Assembly (NCBI GenBank): GCA_032718475.1
Contig: JAUCBJ010008257.1
Coordinates: 1 to 64,000 of the forward strand
Reading direction: 5' to 3'
Source of the DNA: Nemertoderma westbladi
Taxonomy: Eukaryota; Animalia; Xenacoelomorpha
DNA: 64,000 bases
Below the pieces are notes generated by a model. The model saw nothing but the letters and a program-made list of their open reading frames with translations, was not told the origin of the DNA and did not search any database. Positions 60,401-64,000 of the stretch are shown in pieces (position 1 is the first letter of the stretch; each line of letters opens with the position of its first letter). The position numbers were made by a program, and so were the translations under genes.

Positions 60401-62704
60401 GTTGGCAAATATACCAAAGGGCTAACTTTGCAAGCTCTTTTTCCGCTATTGTGCTAACTTTTCCAAAGTGCTAACTCAAAGTGCTAACTCGTGGTCCTTG
60501 CAATCTGAAACTTTGTCAAAACGTTTTTTAGACCATTTCCCACAAGTTAGCGTTTTACCACTTTTGCAGTCCAGTGTGTCATGTGTATAAAAAACTTGGC
60601 CCCCCTTAGCGGCATTATGGGAATTGGTACTTTTCAAACACACTTAAACACTCAAGAGTATGGAATGGCCATAATGCTAACTTACAAACACACTTCTTAC
60701 ACTTACATTCCATTTGTACCAACTACCAAGTGCTAAATGATTATAAGACCGCAAATACCCTAATACGCTAACTCGCTGAATGTTAATTGCGAATACCCCT
60801 CCGTTTCGCGAATAGCCAATTGCACACGTAATTACCTAATAATAAAAGCGTTTTGCACAAACTGCGGGAGCGCTAAAGTCTTAACTTATTACTTTTAGAT
60901 AGTCTTTGAAAGTACTCTATACAAAGTCCTAACCCGATAACTGTGTATTGTCATGGAAACGTAATGGTTTCTTACCTGGACATCCATACAATGTATTTCA
61001 ATTTATTGCACAGGCGACATATTATTATGTAGTGAGTGATTGCCGTGAAATGGAAAACCTAGATATATTGACAATCGTTATTTCAAAATTCATCCGGTCT
61101 AATTGTTGAGATACCCCAAATTGAGGTTCTAAATTTGTGAAAATATTAGTGAAACAATTTTATGGTTAAAGAGAAAACTCTATTTGTTTTTATGTAGAGT
61201 AATGCGTAATTTTATTCCACAAAGTTGCCTTTTCTTTTATAGCAGTTAAATTGCAATAATTAATGCATTATAGGCGTACCTAAACGTGCGCTATTTTTAT
61301 GAAAATTAATAACTTGTTACATTATGTCAACTTCTCGATGTCGTGATATCCTCGTAACGCAGCTAAGTAATAATCACTAACTTAGTAACAATAAACTTCT
61401 ATAACAAATATTGATAGTATTTCCCATTACTGATAACCATTGATTGTAGGCGAAGTGTAAGTTTAGTTGATGTACCAACTGCAATTAATTGCATAAAAAG
61501 GATATGAATTTTATGAATATTCCTAAACATTACAATATTAACGCTAATAATTAAGCATTCAGAACGCCCTTAAATTGACATAATTTAACAAAATGGCACC
61601 ATTTTCTTAAAAGGGCACTGTCAACGTTTATGAATGAATGACCCTTGTATATTTATGGAAACATCCCTCGCCACCCTCACTCGGTACATAAATACTGCTT
61701 ATGTGAAACCTTTCACACAATCATGTAAAATAGTTATAGTTTCACTTTTATAAATTTACAATATTTGCAGGAAAAAATAATACAATTCAATCATTATTCG
61801 TGTAACATCAGTTATAAATCGGTAAAATATGAAAGTTCCTTTACATAAATCATTACGTCGGTATTTCTGACTTTTATTGTCTGCTATATTTTAATTTTTT
61901 TTACCTATTATAAATAATTGTTTTTACTTTCTCTCGTGTTATTTTAATTTTCGTTGGTTAGTCAATCACACTTATATTCAATTTGTACTAAGTGCTAAAT
62001 GATTGTAAGACCGAAAATACCCTAATACGCTAACTCGCCGAATGTTGATTGCAAATACCCGGCTCCGTTTCGCAAATAACCAATTTCACATTGAACACTT
62101 AAAAATAAAACCGTTTGCATAAACTCCGGGAGCGCTAAAGTCCTAACTTATACTTTCTTTTGAAAGTACTTTATACAAAGTCCTAACCCGATAATTTTGT
62201 ATTGTCATGGAAACCTAATGGTTTCTTACCTGGACATTGACAACTAGTCTAATGAAACATAGGCAAACCGAAATTTATTCCCAGACTGAAACGAATAAGA
62301 ATGGTGAAATGGAAAACTTACACATAGATAAAATATCGTAATTAGAATATTTCCTCGTTTCGTCTATTGTTGAGATATAATAAAATACATAAAACACAAA
62401 TTCAAACTGTGGCAAATTTAATTTGGGTTGTAAATTGGTGAAATTAGTTAGTGAAACAATAAATATAATATGCGTCAGATTAATAATTGACAATTGTTAA
62501 AATTCAAAACAATTAAAATTCACTATAATGATAGTGTTGCGATATATGGCGTTGTGTACTAGAACAACCCATTATACAGTATAGAGTAATTTAGATAAGC
62601 CATTAAGTGCATTGATAAGTGCATTGATGAAGCCAGATTGTTTAAATATAAAATCGGATTTAAATAAAAAAATCTGATTTAAATAAGAAAAAAGTGATTT
62701 AAAT

Positions 62705-63087
62705 GGGTGACTACAAAACAAAGACCAAAGACCTAAATAATAAAGACCTACGTAATCTTGAAACATGTGTTAACTTTCGTTTATTGTTTTGGTTCTCCCA
62801 ACAAGCCTCTGTAACATGCTCCTTTACTAGACCTGTTCCATTAAATGGCAATGTAACCTAACGCTCTTTGACACCTGTACAAAACAAAGAGGTAAAGTCG
62901 CGTTACGTCCTAAAGGGGATTAGGTCCCATTGCCATATAGCGTTAGGTCCCATTGCCATTTACAGGAGCAGGTTAGTAAAGGAGCAGGTTACAGAGGCGT
63001 GTTTGGGGAACCAAAACAAAAAACGAAAGTTAACACATGTGTTTCATACAGGTCTTTGTTATTTGGGTCTTTGCTTTTTAGTCACCC
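62705..63087. mobile_element. Mutator (MULE)-like foldback MITE
   Basis: About 160-bp imperfect TIRs starting GGGTGACT / ending AGTCACCC, with an exact 9-bp TSD GATTTAAAT. Confidence 0.8.
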
Positions 63088-63179
63088 GATTTAAATGAAA
63101 AAAAATCTGATTTAAATCAAATAAATCTGATTTAAACAAAAAAAAATCTGATTTTTTTTATTTAAAAAAAAATTTGCTA

Positions 63180-64000
63180 TATCATCCGCTTCTTCAAGGC
63201 CAGTGTCCTTTAAGATGCGTCTCAAGAAAGTCATGGTCTGTCCACCATGCTTATTCAGTCCATGAGGCTGCCAAAGTAAAGTTTATGCACTGGCTGGTCC
63301 TCACGGTGAAAGCAATGTCCTGCAAAGCGGAGGCAATTTTGTTCTAGTATCAAGCCTGGGGGAACCAATGAGACACCTCCAATGTTATATAGTGTCTGGT
63401 TGGAGATGTGTGCATTGTACTTGACACAATGTACCCGGCGTAGCATTCTTGTGAATGTGCCATCCAGAGATTTGGTGTCCTCAGCAGTTAGAGCCCAACA
63501 TGGACTCCCATAGAGAGGTGCTGGAACTACTGCTGCTCTAAATAATCGGACCTTAAGTTTCCGATTAATTCTCGGTGACTTCCACATCCTGCAAAGCATA
63601 TTCAAGGCTGCCCATGCCTTTCCCTTACGTATTCGAAGGACCTCATCTGACTTCTGGATCCATGATCCCAGGTAACAGAAGTCGTCCACATGCTCATGCA
63701 TACCATCCTTTGAGCTTATGCTCATCCGATCAGAGACTTGCTGAGGTCTTTCAAAGTTAACTGTCAAAAGTTTAGTCTTTCTCGAGTTAATAAAAAGACC
63801 AACACTAGAAGCAGCATGTTCTAATGAGCTGAGGAGCCGTTGGGCTCCCTCTAGTGATTCTGAGAGTACTCCTAAGTTATCAGCAAAGTCTAGATCAGTT
63901 AGGTACTTGGCAGGATTTCCTCGACTTCTGGAGCCAGTAGGTGGACTTATCAACACCCAATCATCATTATGATGATCTAAGGACGTGCGTAGAACATAGT
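63180..64000 (-). mobile_element. RTE LINE fragment running off right edge
   Basis: YLTDLDFADN, FCYLGS, RKLKVRLFRA and LRFAGHC; same family as 41485-42935. Confidence 0.92.

Overview
AT-rich, repeat-dense eukaryotic (invertebrate metazoan-like) genomic DNA. It holds five host genes: a 4-exon mitochondrial ribosomal protein S2 (MRPS2), and single-exon CDSs for an SLC35G/EamA transporter, a BK-channel beta-subunit (KCNMB)-like protein, a C6orf120/UPF0669 homolog and cytosolic Phe-tRNA ligase alpha (FARSA). The rest is largely mobile DNA. There is a BEL/Pao LTR retrotransposon whose polyprotein runs off the left edge, plus a mosaic, pol-deleted relative in inverted orientation at about 54-60 kb. 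A full-length CsRn1-clade Ty3/Gypsy element with identical LTRs sits inside a 45/51-bp satellite. A 5.26-kb EnSpm/CACTA-like element carries an intact 5-exon gene. RTE and L2 LINE relics, tRNA-derived SINEs and many MITEs (hAT, Harbinger, Sola, Mutator types) fill the gaps. The most notable observations are (i) an in-frame, two-helix hydrophobic insert between protease and RT of the Gypsy polyprotein, (ii) paralog-versus-paralog evidence that TA-GGCC-TA and TA-CAG-TA words are short insertions at TA (probable transposon excision scars, with TA-CCGG-TA included by analogy), (iii) the spliced cargo gene of the transposase-less EnSpm element, and (iv) the recombinant BEL derivative. All assignments come from reading motifs by eye; no searches were run.
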